Below are positions 28,352 to 37,756 of a stretch of 64,000 bases of DNA, in pieces. Position 1 is the first letter of the stretch; the number at the start of each line of letters is the position of its first letter. The stretch is from a virus. Taxonomy: Duplodnaviria > Heunggongvirae > Uroviricota > Caudoviricetes. A program made the translations under genes and the position numbers. The DNA is taken from IMG/VR virus record IMGVR_UViG_3300037312_000757, one strand, 5' to 3'. The notes under the pieces were generated by a model. That model searched no databases and was not told the origin of the DNA. It saw nothing but the letters and a program-made list of their open reading frames with translations.

Positions 28352-28783
28352 TCAGTTTTGCACTTGAGGGAAGAACTTCGGTACCAACGTGATCGGTACA
28401 AACGGCTCAATCAACTTGAAACCGTGCGCCGCAATGCAGGCGTTACTGTGAAAGGGCTTTGCACCCTTCTCACGATCGATACTCCACGTGATGTGGAAAG
28501 TACCATTATCAGGTCGATACAGCACGCCATCAACACGGACAACCAAGCATTGCACGCGATTATCGTCACAGGACACGCCTACAACTTCACCACGCGTCTC
28601 GGTCGGGAGCGGATAGTCCGCAGTGACGCCCGCTTTGAGCGTCACGTGGTGAGCTATTACGTCAGTATAAACAGGAGGGATGAGTTCCAGCAATTTATCG
28701 CGGTCGTAAGCTGGTAATTCCCATCCAACGTAACCACGTTGGGGTTTATCAGCCGTTACCGTTTGATCCATTGCTTCTCCCAT
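28352..28783 (-). CDS. 2H phosphoesterase family protein
   Basis: Two HxT motifs (HHVTL, FHITW). Confidence 0.7.
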   Translation of the reverse strand: MGEAMDQTVTADKPQRGYVGWELPAYDRDKLLELIPPVYTDVIAHHVTLKAGVTADYPLPTETRGEVVGVSCDDNRVQCLVVRVDGVLYRPDNGTFHITWSIDREKGAKPFHSNACIAAHGFKLIEPFVPITLVPKFFPQVQN

Positions 28784-29369
28784 TCACATTGAAGTCCGCG
28801 TCATACAACCCCATCTCTTGATTGATGGCAGTCATCTCTTTCAGCGGTGTATAGTCTTGCACAGCCAAGTGAGCATTGTCAAGGTCTTCTTGCGAACGGC
28901 AGTACACAACTGGCTGGATCTTATCGCCAGTCACTTCTTCGATGATCTTGGCGATGATACCCCAGTCACCGTTAGCCAAACCTGCACCAATCAAGGGCAG
29001 ACCAACTTCCATTGGTCCCACACTTAGGTATTCATCCAGCGCTTTGATCGTGTTTTCAAAAGCCTCACGAATGCCGAGGTATTTGACGTACACTACGTTC
29101 GGATCACGACCGTAGAACTCTTGCGTGATTGCGTTTAGCACGAGACGATCACCGCCAGAAATTGTATCTTTGCCAAGAGCAGATACAACTTCACCAACTT
29201 TCAGACCATTAAGTTGGTGATATTTGACGTAAGCTTCGTAAGCAAATGGGCAACGAACACGCATAGTTGCCGCAACGCCTGAGCCCATCACACCTTGAGC
29301 ATTACAGCCATGCATGATTGCAAGCCCAGAATGCTCGAACAAGTCTCCGATTCTGTATTCAATTTTCAT
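28749..29369 (-). CDS. Macrodomain (ADP-ribose / Appr-1''-p processing) protein
   Basis: GDLF, HGCNAQGVMGSGVA, PLIGAGLANGDW. Confidence 0.9.
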   Translation of the reverse strand: MKIEYRIGDLFEHSGLAIMHGCNAQGVMGSGVAATMRVRCPFAYEAYVKYHQLNGLKVGEVVSALGKDTISGGDRLVLNAITQEFYGRDPNVVYVKYLGIREAFENTIKALDEYLSVGPMEVGLPLIGAGLANGDWGIIAKIIEEVTGDKIQPVVYCRSQEDLDNAHLAVQDYTPLKEMTAINQEMGLYDADFNVNGRSNGSNGNG

Positions 29370-29608
29370 TTGATGAGTTTCCCAATAGATGGTATCAATG
29401 CGATATAGTCAGCTTCTTCGTAGCATCCCACGGTTTCGACCGCATCCTCATTGACGAATTCGTTGCCGATCATTATAGCACTACTTAGGTTTCGTACACG
29501 AATGAGTCCATGCACAACCCTGCCCGATTTTAGGTAGGCGATTGCAAACTGTTTGTTTGAATACTCCGCAAAATTGCAAGCGGTGACTAAGGCGCTGTCG
29601 CGGGCCAT
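29366..29608 (-). CDS. Hypothetical protein
   Basis: Coupled ORF. Confidence 0.5.
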   Translation of the reverse strand: MARDSALVTACNFAEYSNKQFAIAYLKSGRVVHGLIRVRNLSSAIMIGNEFVNEDAVETVGCYEEADYIALIPSIGKLIK

Positions 29609-29609
29609 A

Positions 29610-30005
29610 TTATAGGCAGGTTAATTTGAATTGAACTGCTTCTGCATCTGACACGTTTTCAAGTACAGTCAGAAATTCGAAACAATGAGTATCTTCGTAG
29701 AAGATCAAAGCAGATAGAAACCGCCAATCACCACCAGTCGCAACACCCATCTCGCTGTAATATCGACCAGCTTCCATTTCGACAGTGTCAACTGCCAGTA
29801 TTTCTTGCTGCAAAGTAATGAACGTATCGATATACCCAGTTGAGTCTTTCATTAAGACATTGGGTATGTTAATCGTAGAACGAATGGCCTCAGATGTACT
29901 CACGTTTTCTGACAACCAATCAACACAATTCATGAAATATGCATACCAATCCGCCCATGATGCTTCAACACCACAGATCACTTTCAAAGATGCCATTGCA
30001 TTCAC
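29610..30005 (-). CDS. Small paralog family member
   Basis: DWLSENV...DAEAVQFKL. Confidence 0.7.
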   Translation of the reverse strand: MNAMASLKVICGVEASWADWYAYFMNCVDWLSENVSTSEAIRSTINIPNVLMKDSTGYIDTFITLQQEILAVDTVEMEAGRYYSEMGVATGGDWRFLSALIFYEDTHCFEFLTVLENVSDAEAVQFKLTCL

Positions 30006-30049
30006 AACTCTAGTTCAAGAATGCAACATTGTAACATAGAACTGGCAAC

Positions 30050-30427
30050 CTAACTGACACTCAAAACCATTTCAGTTGCCACATAGTCATCAGGCATAAC
30101 TGCCAATACCCACCAATAATGTGCAATCTCAGGGCATAGGCTTTTGTCATCAGGTGCAGTATAAATCTCTGCGCTCTCGGCTAGATATAAATCCATGCCA
30201 GAATTCCGAAATCCCAAATGAAATATCGTTACACCATTCAATGCACTATCTGAAAGATCTACGTGTTCAGATATTGTTTCTGCTATTGTTTGACATTCAT
30301 GCACTGGTTTATTCAGTGTATTTGAATAATACTCATATTCGTAATTGGCATCAATCCATTTGCTATATCCAACAAATGTTTGTCGAGCAACAGTCATGCC
30401 AGTAAACTTTTTCTTTACGATAGCCAT
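30050..30427 (-). CDS. Small paralog family member
   Basis: KWIDAN...PDDYVATEMVL. Confidence 0.6.
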   Translation of the reverse strand: MAIVKKKFTGMTVARQTFVGYSKWIDANYEYEYYSNTLNKPVHECQTIAETISEHVDLSDSALNGVTIFHLGFRNSGMDLYLAESAEIYTAPDDKSLCPEIAHYWWVLAVMPDDYVATEMVLSVS

Positions 30428-30428
30428 C

Positions 30429-30782
30429 TTAGTCTTCAGTCAAACGAAATTGCACGGCAGTAGTAGCATCCGGAAAACCGATATACACTTCACGATGCCA
30501 TAAATTGTCTTGAGTGTATGACATGTGAAACACAAACCAATCATCACCACATGCAAAAACAGAAGACCAAAGATCATACCGATTAGTATACAAATCTGGT
30601 AGATGCTTTTGAATCAACGCCTCCAACCTGTCCCATTCATTGCTGCTAAAGGTATGAACTCTACAGTCAAATTCAGCACGTTCACGAACCGAACCAGCAG
30701 TCGCTTCTAACCATTCAATAGCATCTCGAACGTATTGATAACTCTCGTAATGATGGAACTCACGGTGCAGAATTTCGCTCAT
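30429..30782 (-). CDS. Small paralog family member
   Basis: EWLEAT...GDDW...PDATTAVQFRL. Confidence 0.7.
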   Translation of the reverse strand: MSEILHREFHHYESYQYVRDAIEWLEATAGSVRERAEFDCRVHTFSSNEWDRLEALIQKHLPDLYTNRYDLWSSVFACGDDWFVFHMSYTQDNLWHREVYIGFPDATTAVQFRLTED

Positions 30783-31159
30783 ATCGAACTAGCCACCAAT
30801 TTCAACTCAAGAGCAATATACTCATCTGGCACATTCAAGAACATTCGTATCCAAGAACCACCAGTCCATTGTGACGAAGTCAGAACAACCACTGAATAAC
30901 CATGTGTCGAGCAATCAATTGAATGAATGAAGTGAGCTATCTCCCAATCCTTTTTCTTTAGACCAACATTGGTAAGAACCCTAACCAATGACGAATCAAG
31001 ATTTTTCGAGACCAAAACATTATGGTCTTGAATAAAATGGCATCCTTCGTTACCAGTTTGTTCTTTATGTTTATGATATAACCACCCACGAACTCGTTGG
31101 TAATACCCCTTGCCAGATGGATGGTTCTCACCCATAGGATAGTGCAATTCAAATATCAT
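30779..31159 (-). CDS. Small paralog family member
   Basis: GWLYH...PDEYIALELKL. Confidence 0.7.
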   Translation of the reverse strand: MIFELHYPMGENHPSGKGYYQRVRGWLYHKHKEQTGNEGCHFIQDHNVLVSKNLDSSLVRVLTNVGLKKKDWEIAHFIHSIDCSTHGYSVVVLTSSQWTGGSWIRMFLNVPDEYIALELKLVASSI

Positions 31160-31168
31160 TTCATCATT

Positions 31169-31258
31169 TCCATAATCAACGATTATTCATGGAGGTTATT
31201 CACTATGTCGCCCCTTCGTGGGCTCTGATGGATAGCATTGAAACCCAGGTAGAAGGCC
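31169..31258 (-). repeat. Intergenic structured motif, copy 1
   Basis: Shares CTTCTRCCTGGGTT...TCCAT...ATAACCTYCATGAA...CGTTGA with 33462..33538. Confidence 0.6.
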
Positions 31259-31651
31259 TCAATAATCGCAGTCGTCATCTGGTTCATAATTTGCAAATGC
31301 TAACTTAGCCTGCACTGCTAACGTATCATCTTCAATGAACACGTAGACGGTACGATTGTGTATCTCGTAGAAATCATATGATTTGGAGGCGTCCTCATCC
31401 GGAATCATAGATCGCACCAGCGCCCATCCATCACCAACTTGTATGCAAAACGACGCGGGTGGTTTACCAGGGCCCATCAAGTGTCCATAGTAGATCAACC
31501 CTTCTTCGCGAGCTCTATTACCATGGTGGCTGTAATCTGACTTCAGAAGCAACTTCTGGGGACTAACATTGTTGCACAGCCATTTATTCACGTCGCTTGC
31601 TGTGAGCATAAGCTTCCACGCAGTTTTGGCTTGAATTTCAAATCTGTTCAT
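31259..31651 (-). CDS. Small paralog family member
   Basis: KWLCNNV...GDGW...EDDTLAVQAKL. Confidence 0.7.
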   Translation of the reverse strand: MNRFEIQAKTAWKLMLTASDVNKWLCNNVSPQKLLLKSDYSHHGNRAREEGLIYYGHLMGPGKPPASFCIQVGDGWALVRSMIPDEDASKSYDFYEIHNRTVYVFIEDDTLAVQAKLAFANYEPDDDCDY

Positions 31652-32072
31652 CTATTCTGTCCATCCATACCAATTTGCATTCCACCGCAATCACATCATC
31701 AGGAATATGAATGAAAATCTGATGCAAATGCTTTATTCTGTGACCTTTAGGCAACGTTAGGTCGATATCAAAATGTGAAGTCTCGATAATGTAATAGCCA
31801 AATCTCGTGCTCTTGACCCACTGAAATGTGCTGATGTTCCCAAGATCCAGATTGAACCGATTGATAACTGATTCCATTCGGTCTTTACTGGCAGTATAGA
31901 AAATGTCATATTCCTGGAAGTCAGGAATGTTGCCATATTTTCTCGCTTGTTCCTCAATATCAACTTCCATGAAGTAACGATCACGTAGCCATTCTTTTAT
32001 TTCTTGATAGCGCTTTATACTAACGCGGCCATCATCGTAGTTGATCGTAATCATGAATACATTAACCTGCAT
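31638..32072 (-). CDS. Small paralog family member
   Basis: EWLRD...PDDVIAVECKL; true start may be ATG 32054. Confidence 0.7.
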   Translation of the reverse strand: MQVNVFMITINYDDGRVSIKRYQEIKEWLRDRYFMEVDIEEQARKYGNIPDFQEYDIFYTASKDRMESVINRFNLDLGNISTFQWVKSTRFGYYIIETSHFDIDLTLPKGHRIKHLHQIFIHIPDDVIAVECKLVWMDRIDEQI

Positions 32073-32401
32073 TGAACAGCCAAAGACGGATCAGCAATGA
32101 AAACTTCAGTCTTGTATATAAGCTGTTCCGTCATATCAACACTTGATATCACGCAAATCATCCACTGATCACCCGCGACTACGTCGATTCTACCAAGCTT
32201 GAGTGGCAACGACGGCAAAGGCATACCTGTATGGTGTCTATAAATTTTGCTGGCTTCCACGTAATCAGATGCCTTTCGGTGAGAATACACATGATAATCA
32301 TGCAGGCAATAACCAACATTATCAGTCAACCAACTAAGCAATTCTTGTTTCTTGCTGAACTGATCTTCATACGATTGCTGAATGATTGTGAATTTATTCA
32401 T
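32051..32401 (-). CDS. Small paralog family member
   Basis: SWLTDNVG...GDQW...DPSLAVQCRL. Confidence 0.7.
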   Translation of the reverse strand: MNKFTIIQQSYEDQFSKKQELLSWLTDNVGYCLHDYHVYSHRKASDYVEASKIYRHHTGMPLPSLPLKLGRIDVVAGDQWMICVISSVDMTEQLIYKTEVFIADPSLAVQCRLMYS

Positions 32402-32739
32402 GTCAATGACAATCTCATCTGAACCTGAATTACATCACTGGCAACGACAAAGATCGAATACGCACTCCCCCGACTATGTAATACTTTGAATACATCCCAC
32501 TCGTCACCAGAATAAATGGCATATGACTCGACTTCTGGAATGGGTGCCATCCGCACCTTGTCGTGAAACAGCGATTCACAATGCTCCCACGCTAATGGAT
32601 CATGCGCAGCACGCATAGGACCAACCGCTTTATTCAACTCAATACGCGGTCCAATTTCCTGCTCCAACCAGTCAATAATACCATTCGCAACCGTTACCCA
32701 TCCACACGGTTCGTGATATAAAAATTCTTGAACACTCAT
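32398..32739 (-). CDS. Small paralog family member
   Basis: DWLEQEIG...GDEW...DVIQVQMRL. Confidence 0.7.
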   Translation of the reverse strand: MSVQEFLYHEPCGWVTVANGIIDWLEQEIGPRIELNKAVGPMRAAHDPLAWEHCESLFHDKVRMAPIPEVESYAIYSGDEWDVFKVLHSRGSAYSIFVVASDVIQVQMRLSLT

Positions 32740-33074
32740 GAAAATAACAACCTGAACGCTACAGCATGAACAACTTCATCAATCTGAACATGAAGACTGT
32801 ACGAATGCTTGGTCTCATAGAACGAACCACACACCCAGATTGACCATCCAGGACCACTCTCAACTTCAACTACATCAGGTCGATAACTCAATTTGAGTGT
32901 GGACTCAGCACGGCCATTTAGTCTCTGAGTAGCAAGCGCATATTGAGAATCACCACGATTGGATAGAACGCCATGAGAACAACTAACATTCTCCATCACC
33001 CAATACCGCATAGCGTCAATACGTTCTATTAACCATTCAACATTGTATTGCTCAGACCAATAATCAATCTGCAT
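32736..33074 (-). CDS. Small paralog family member
   Basis: YWVMENV...GPGW...DEVVHAVAFRL. Confidence 0.7.
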   Translation of the reverse strand: MQIDYWSEQYNVEWLIERIDAMRYWVMENVSCSHGVLSNRGDSQYALATQRLNGRAESTLKLSYRPDVVEVESGPGWSIWVCGSFYETKHSYSLHVQIDEVVHAVAFRLLFS

Positions 33075-33083
33075 CTCACCACC

Positions 33084-33443
33084 TCAAAATAACAACGCAC
33101 ACTGAACAGCTATTAACGGATCAGCAATAGCTACGTCAATGATAGAAAACCCTTCCCGATCACCATGAGAATAGAACACAGAACCAGCTAAACACCACTC
33201 CAAACCTCGAACCACTTCGAATCGATAATTCTTGCTAACATACTTCCTGATACAAGACCTACGACCAAATACTTCCTCATAGACTTCAAAGATACGGTGC
33301 CATGCTCTATGAGCACTATCATCAGTCTCGTATATGACACTGGCGTACTGTGAAAGGCCAATAATCGTATTCAACCAATTTTCCATCTGATCACACTGGA
33401 GATTGTATTGGCCTATAGGAACAACTCTCGTAAATGTTTCCAT
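33084..33443 (-). CDS. Small paralog family member
   Basis: NWLNTIIG...GLEW...DPLIAVQCAL. Confidence 0.7.
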   Translation of the reverse strand: METFTRVVPIGQYNLQCDQMENWLNTIIGLSQYASVIYETDDSAHRAWHRIFEVYEEVFGRRSCIRKYVSKNYRFEVVRGLEWCLAGSVFYSHGDREGFSIIDVAIADPLIAVQCALLF

Positions 33444-33461
33444 CTCTTCTTCTCTATCGCC

Positions 33462-33538
33462 AATTCTTCAACGAATAATTCATGAAGGTTATGATCGATG
33501 GCTGCGCCTTTATGGACGATGTGGAACCCAGGCAGAAG
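33462..33538 (-). repeat. Intergenic structured motif, copy 2
   Basis: See copy 1; compensatory differences in the inner stems. Confidence 0.6.
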
Positions 33539-33922
33539 TCATTGATTTTCCCACTCGAAAACCAATTTGAATTCGACTGCTACGGCTGTGTCCTTGATAT
33601 CGATTACGATGAAGTCATCCCAGTTGTCTGTTTCATATGCAATTTGCGCAACAAAGAATTCATCACCATAACTGTAATGGTTGATATACGCGAGTTCATT
33701 TGCAAATGCCTTATGCTCATCTGGCAACTGCCATCCAAATGATTCTGCAAATTCATATACACTGCGCAGTTCTTCCTTTTGTGAATCCAGATCGTATTCT
33801 TTGAAGATTAAGTCATCAAGCGTTATTTCAAATTTGGTTGCGAGCCAATCACGAACTTTGTAAACACGTTCTAATATGTCATCGGCACGACTGCCGTTCG
33901 TGTAATCAATGATCCGATTCAC
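33539..33922 (-). CDS. Small paralog family member
   Basis: Likely GTG start at 33922 (GAGG RBS); DWLAT...GDEF...DTAVAVEFKL. Confidence 0.7.
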   Translation of the reverse strand: MNRIIDYTNGSRADDILERVYKVRDWLATKFEITLDDLIFKEYDLDSQKEELRSVYEFAESFGWQLPDEHKAFANELAYINHYSYGDEFFVAQIAYETDNWDDFIVIDIKDTAVAVEFKLVFEWENQ

Positions 33923-34103
33923 GTTGCTGCCTCGCGATTGTTTCCAGATAGTTGATCTTCCAGTGAGCATGCTTCACGGCGTCAACCACAGAGGGATGGT
34001 TAGCTTGGTCTATGAAAAGAGGGTCGGTGTGTAGCTCGTCTAGCCAAGCTCGCCAATCGTCTATATTGCAGCTATCTTCAGGGGCGCGTGTGATGATATT
34101 CAT
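33906..34103 (-). CDS. Hypothetical protein
   Basis: 65-aa ORF in operon. Confidence 0.5.
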   Translation of the reverse strand: MNIITRAPEDSCNIDDWRAWLDELHTDPLFIDQANHPSVVDAVKHAHWKINYLETIARQQRESDH

Positions 34104-34178
34104 ATGAATCTTCCAGCCATAGAAATGGCACCTTTGTTTGGTGCCAGTTTAACATGTGTGTCTGGAAGAGTTGTTGGC

Positions 34179-34586
34179 TTATTGCCACTCTTCCAAGTGG
34201 TCTTCTTGCCATTCGTGCATGATGAGTTTGAAGAATACCGCTAGATTTTCATCTGTGAAGTGAAAATACGAATAATACATTGAAGTGCTGCGAGCGTGCC
34301 AGTCAATGGTTATCTCGAACCGCTCCTCATACTGCCACCCAGGCCCGCCCGTGTAACGAATATGCTCGTACAGACCGACCTCTTTGATCTTATATTCGGG
34401 AAGGTCCAGATAAGAATGAGTGCATAGCCGTTCGACTTTAGTGTAGCCATCAGGCTTCTGCACATACTTGAACAGCCGATACTTCGTTTCGCTTGGTACT
34501 CCGGTCTGCTCTTCGAGCCAAGCGATCAGGTGTTTCATATGCCAATGTGACGGGTGATCGACGCTGTGATAGTCAATGTCAATCAT
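34179..34586 (-). CDS. Small paralog family member
   Basis: AWLEEQTG...GPGW...DENLAVFFKL. Confidence 0.7.
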   Translation of the reverse strand: MIDIDYHSVDHPSHWHMKHLIAWLEEQTGVPSETKYRLFKYVQKPDGYTKVERLCTHSYLDLPEYKIKEVGLYEHIRYTGGPGWQYEERFEITIDWHARSTSMYYSYFHFTDENLAVFFKLIMHEWQEDHLEEWQ

Positions 34587-34621
34587 GACTGGCCTCTGTT
34601 GAAAAGTGCCAGTCTAGCACA

Positions 34622-35089
34622 TTATGCCAATTTGGCATGCACTTCCCGCGTGAGCGCTTGGATGCTTTCGGTGAGTGTTTTTACCGTCTGGGTCAGCTCT
34701 GTATTCTGCTTCAACAGGTCCATCATCTCACTCTGCAACTTGATGTTCTGTTGTGCCAATTCTTCACGATGCTGTGCGTCAGCATCAGCATGAGCTTTGT
34801 CACGGTCTGACTGGCGAGTTTGTGCCAACAGGATGAGCGGTGCTGCATAAGCTGATTGCAGACTGAATGCTAGGTTCAACAAGATGAATGGATAAGGGTC
34901 GAACTTGACGACCCCTAATACGTTGAGTATCACCCAGAACAGCACGATTAGAGTCTGCGTGATGAGGAAAGTTGGTGTTCCGAAGAAACGGGCGAATGCT
35001 TCAGCTTTCAGCGCAAACCAGTCGTCACCAAATACTGATGACAGATGCAAGTGTGGAAGATGGAAACGGAAATGGTGTTTGTCAGACAT
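34622..35089 (-). CDS. DUF1003-family membrane protein
   Basis: FDPYPFILLNLAFSLQSAYAAPLILLAQTRQ signature; start at ATG 35089. Confidence 0.9.
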   Translation of the reverse strand: MSDKHHFRFHLPHLHLSSVFGDDWFALKAEAFARFFGTPTFLITQTLIVLFWVILNVLGVVKFDPYPFILLNLAFSLQSAYAAPLILLAQTRQSDRDKAHADADAQHREELAQQNIKLQSEMMDLLKQNTELTQTVKTLTESIQALTREVHAKLA

Positions 35090-35153
35090 GGTGGTCCCCT
35101 GTTCATTTACCACTATTTATGGCAGATGAACAGGGGATTAAAACTTCAACAAC

Positions 35154-35549
35154 TTAGAACACTTTGCGCATGGCGATTGCACGGTCAAACGTGCTGTCTT
35201 GCGTGCCATCCGCGTACATTACGACGAGCTTACGGCCAATTTTGCCTTTTTCGTCGTTCCAAACTTGCTCCTTTACGAGCATGACTGCAATGTTCCCGCG
35301 GACGTCGTTTTTCTTGTAGAATACTTGGTTGATCTTGTAGCCATTCGACTCGAGTTGCGAGATTTTGTTGGCTTGCTTGTCGGTCATTTGCGTGAGCAAA
35401 CGGTCGTATTTTGCGTTGTTACGTGCAATACGTTCGCGGCGACGTTGCATTTCTGCGCGAGCAATTTCCATCAGCGCAGCATCAAGACCATCCGGGTGAT
35501 TCAGCAGCATGTCGATGAGTGCTTGCAGTTGACGTTGTTCGCTAACCAT
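35154..35549 (-). CDS. Early hypothetical protein
   Basis: Start at 35549 after GGAG; early promoter/leader upstream. Confidence 0.65.
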   Translation of the reverse strand: MVSEQRQLQALIDMLLNHPDGLDAALMEIARAEMQRRRERIARNNAKYDRLLTQMTDKQANKISQLESNGYKINQVFYKKNDVRGNIAVMLVKEQVWNDEKGKIGRKLVVMYADGTQDSTFDRAIAMRKVF

Positions 35550-35561
35550 TTGCTTCTCCGT

Positions 35562-35608
35562 GTTATCTACCATGTATCACATTCTACATTCATATGGCAG
35601 GCAGTCAA
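35562..35608 (-). promoter_or_regulatory. Early promoter with conserved 5' leader
   Basis: TTGACT-N16-TAGAAT then ATGGTAGATAAC. Confidence 0.75.
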
Positions 35609-35614
35609 CACTTT

Positions 35615-35953
35615 TCACATGGTGCTGATAATTAATTTTGCTGCGACTGCGAGTGAATCGTCCTCAATGTGTAGCTCGTAGAAGCTCCAATTTGCTTCAT
35701 ACGTGTCACGCCGAATCAAGCGCCATGAATTGGCAATCAAATGCACTTCCGAATACCACGCTTGTAGTTCGTTCGGAACTGAAGTCAAGGGTATAGGCTG
35801 ACGTCCTTCATGAATTAATTTCATGAATCCGAACGGTTCATCCGACGCGCCAAATCGATAGATGGTATCATTTTGTGGATCGTATTCGTCCAGCATCGAA
35901 TACAGTTTGTTGGACATCTCCGCGTCCATGCTGCCAATTTTGATAATGTTCAT
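35615..35953 (-). CDS. Small paralog family member
   Basis: EDDSLAVAAKL. Confidence 0.65.
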   Translation of the reverse strand: MNIIKIGSMDAEMSNKLYSMLDEYDPQNDTIYRFGASDEPFGFMKLIHEGRQPIPLTSVPNELQAWYSEVHLIANSWRLIRRDTYEANWSFYELHIEDDSLAVAAKLIISTM

Positions 35954-36336
35954 GGCATGTTCAACCTGAATAGAACAGCCTCGGCATCATCGTTAAAAAC
36001 CATCTTTGCTCCGTGTGCTATGTGCGTTGTTGACGTAATCGATGCATTTTTCTTCTCTTTAATGTGCTCGATGGTTTTTATGTACGTGATATTGTCACCA
36101 ACAATTTTGAGTTCGTAGAAGTAATGGCCCTCATCATAATTAATCAAGCGCTCATCGATTGGTAACAGCGTTGATGACTTAATTATCGTACTTCTGTACC
36201 CAAAGTCGTCAATCTCGAAAAGCGTGTGAGTGGTCTCACAGCTAGTAGAATTGTTCTTGATCCACTCTTTGGCGAAATGATGACGCTTCATGACGTCACG
36301 TGCCAAGCCAGTTGTTGGTATTTCGTATTCAATCAC
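35950..36336 (-). CDS. Small paralog family member
   Basis: EWIKNN...DDAEAVLFRL. Confidence 0.65.
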   Translation of the reverse strand: MIEYEIPTTGLARDVMKRHHFAKEWIKNNSTSCETTHTLFEIDDFGYRSTIIKSSTLLPIDERLINYDEGHYFYELKIVGDNITYIKTIEHIKEKKNASITSTTHIAHGAKMVFNDDAEAVLFRLNMP

Positions 36337-36700
36337 AAAACATCTCCAACTTCAACTGAACGGCATCGTTCACATGCGTATCATGAAAAATAACACTGAT
36401 TTCGTAAAACCCAAGATAATCGACTTTGGCGAGATACCATTCTCGGCAACGCAAAACATCGATACGACGCATCATCCAATGGCGCATTGCGATATCCCAT
36501 TCATTGAAACCATCTGGCACCAAACGTAAGTATTCACTTACAAAATGATTCATGTTATTGTAATCCTTGTAGTCAGGCAGCAGTACAACATCATGTTTGC
36601 TGTCTGTCATACCAGAATTCGTCATGAGCCATGATGTTACTTCATCATAGAAGTGCATGCGTTCAACTGGGCCAGTGAACATCTTCCGTATCGCTTTCAT
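36329..36700 (-). CDS. Small paralog family member
   Basis: SWLMTNSG...NDAVQLKL. Confidence 0.65.
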   Translation of the reverse strand: MKAIRKMFTGPVERMHFYDEVTSWLMTNSGMTDSKHDVVLLPDYKDYNNMNHFVSEYLRLVPDGFNEWDIAMRHWMMRRIDVLRCREWYLAKVDYLGFYEISVIFHDTHVNDAVQLKLEMFCD

Positions 36701-37359
36701 AGCGTGCTGAGCTCTAGTATTGTCATTTTTCTACCATAGACTGCGCCGGTGTCGATATAAAGCATATTGCCAAGTGCCAATACGTCGGTAACAGGAGTAT
36801 GGCCTACAATCATCTTGTACAGTCCTGCAACTGGCGTGTCATCCTTATACTGAATTCTAGCACGATCCCACATACAAAACTCAGCATTGTCCTTGGTGCA
36901 AACACCAGATTGAAGTTCAGTAGCAAACGCGTCCCAGTCATTATACGGGCAGTCAGCGTGGACAATGCCGATCATGCCCTTGTCTGTTTGTATTTGCATT
37001 GCGACAGGAAGCTGTTCCAGCTTCTTTGCGATGCGTTCGCGCGTGTTCTTATCTGAACGAATGAACCAGCCACCACCATTCGACTTGTAAAGGTTCACAT
37101 TGCATCGACCCTTTGCGTAGTCGATTGCCATTTGGTCGTGATTGCCACGCACGGCATGGAACCACGGTTCATCTAAAATGGTCTCCACATATTCGTTCTG
37201 TGGTCCACGATCAACCAAATCACCGACTGAAAATAGCCGATCGTTTTCAACATTGAAGTTGATATTTTTCAGGTGTGCGAGCAATAGGTTATAGCAGCCG
37301 TGAATGTCACCGACCACATAATCCCTGCCCTTTTCATTCTTCTCGTAATACTTGAACAT
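36697..37359 (-). CDS. Ser/Thr protein phosphatase (lambda NinI / PphA-like)
   Basis: GDIHG, GDLVDRG, RGNHD, GHTP, IDTGA; probable start at ATG 37359 (track start 37455 also possible). Confidence 0.93.
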   Translation of the reverse strand: MFKYYEKNEKGRDYVVGDIHGCYNLLLAHLKNINFNVENDRLFSVGDLVDRGPQNEYVETILDEPWFHAVRGNHDQMAIDYAKGRCNVNLYKSNGGGWFIRSDKNTRERIAKKLEQLPVAMQIQTDKGMIGIVHADCPYNDWDAFATELQSGVCTKDNAEFCMWDRARIQYKDDTPVAGLYKMIVGHTPVTDVLALGNMLYIDTGAVYGRKMTILELSTL

Positions 37360-37522
37360 GGTTGAGCCTTCTATTTTTATTGTTGTGCCCCGTCTCAGTA
37401 ACCAATACTTGATGCGAGGAAACCTATTTAGAATTCGTTTGTATGATTTCCACATTTTGTACTTCCAATGGCACGAAGCCTGATACTAAACGTATCAGGC
37501 TTATGGCAGCAAATAAAGCTGG

Positions 37523-37747
37523 TTATGCTTGCTTTGCTTCCATCTGGCGCGCGTATTGCTGAAGCTTAGTACCCTTCAGCATACTGACCGGGTAGCGGAG
37601 CAAGAACCACCAGAATACGAGCAAGTTAGGTCGTTTCTTGAGGTCGATGGAATAACCATCTTCATCAATGAAGATCCAGTTGCCGTAGATTGCAACTGCT
37701 GCGATTGCGATGAAAAACAGAGATAGCAGAATGCTGAATACTTCCAA
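37523..37747 (-). CDS. Small membrane protein
   Basis: AGGAGG RBS with TTG start; hydrophobic. Confidence 0.55.
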   Translation of the reverse strand: MEVFSILLSLFFIAIAAVAIYGNWIFIDEDGYSIDLKKRPNLLVFWWFLLRYPVSMLKGTKLQQYARQMEAKQA

Positions 37748-37756
37748 ATGAACCTC

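Noticed and set aside
31200-31250. Hammerhead ribozyme on the plus strand (GTC...CTGATGG...GAAAC)
   Set aside because: Core is CTGATGG rather than CTGANGA, stems II and III do not pair, and the second copy lacks the core
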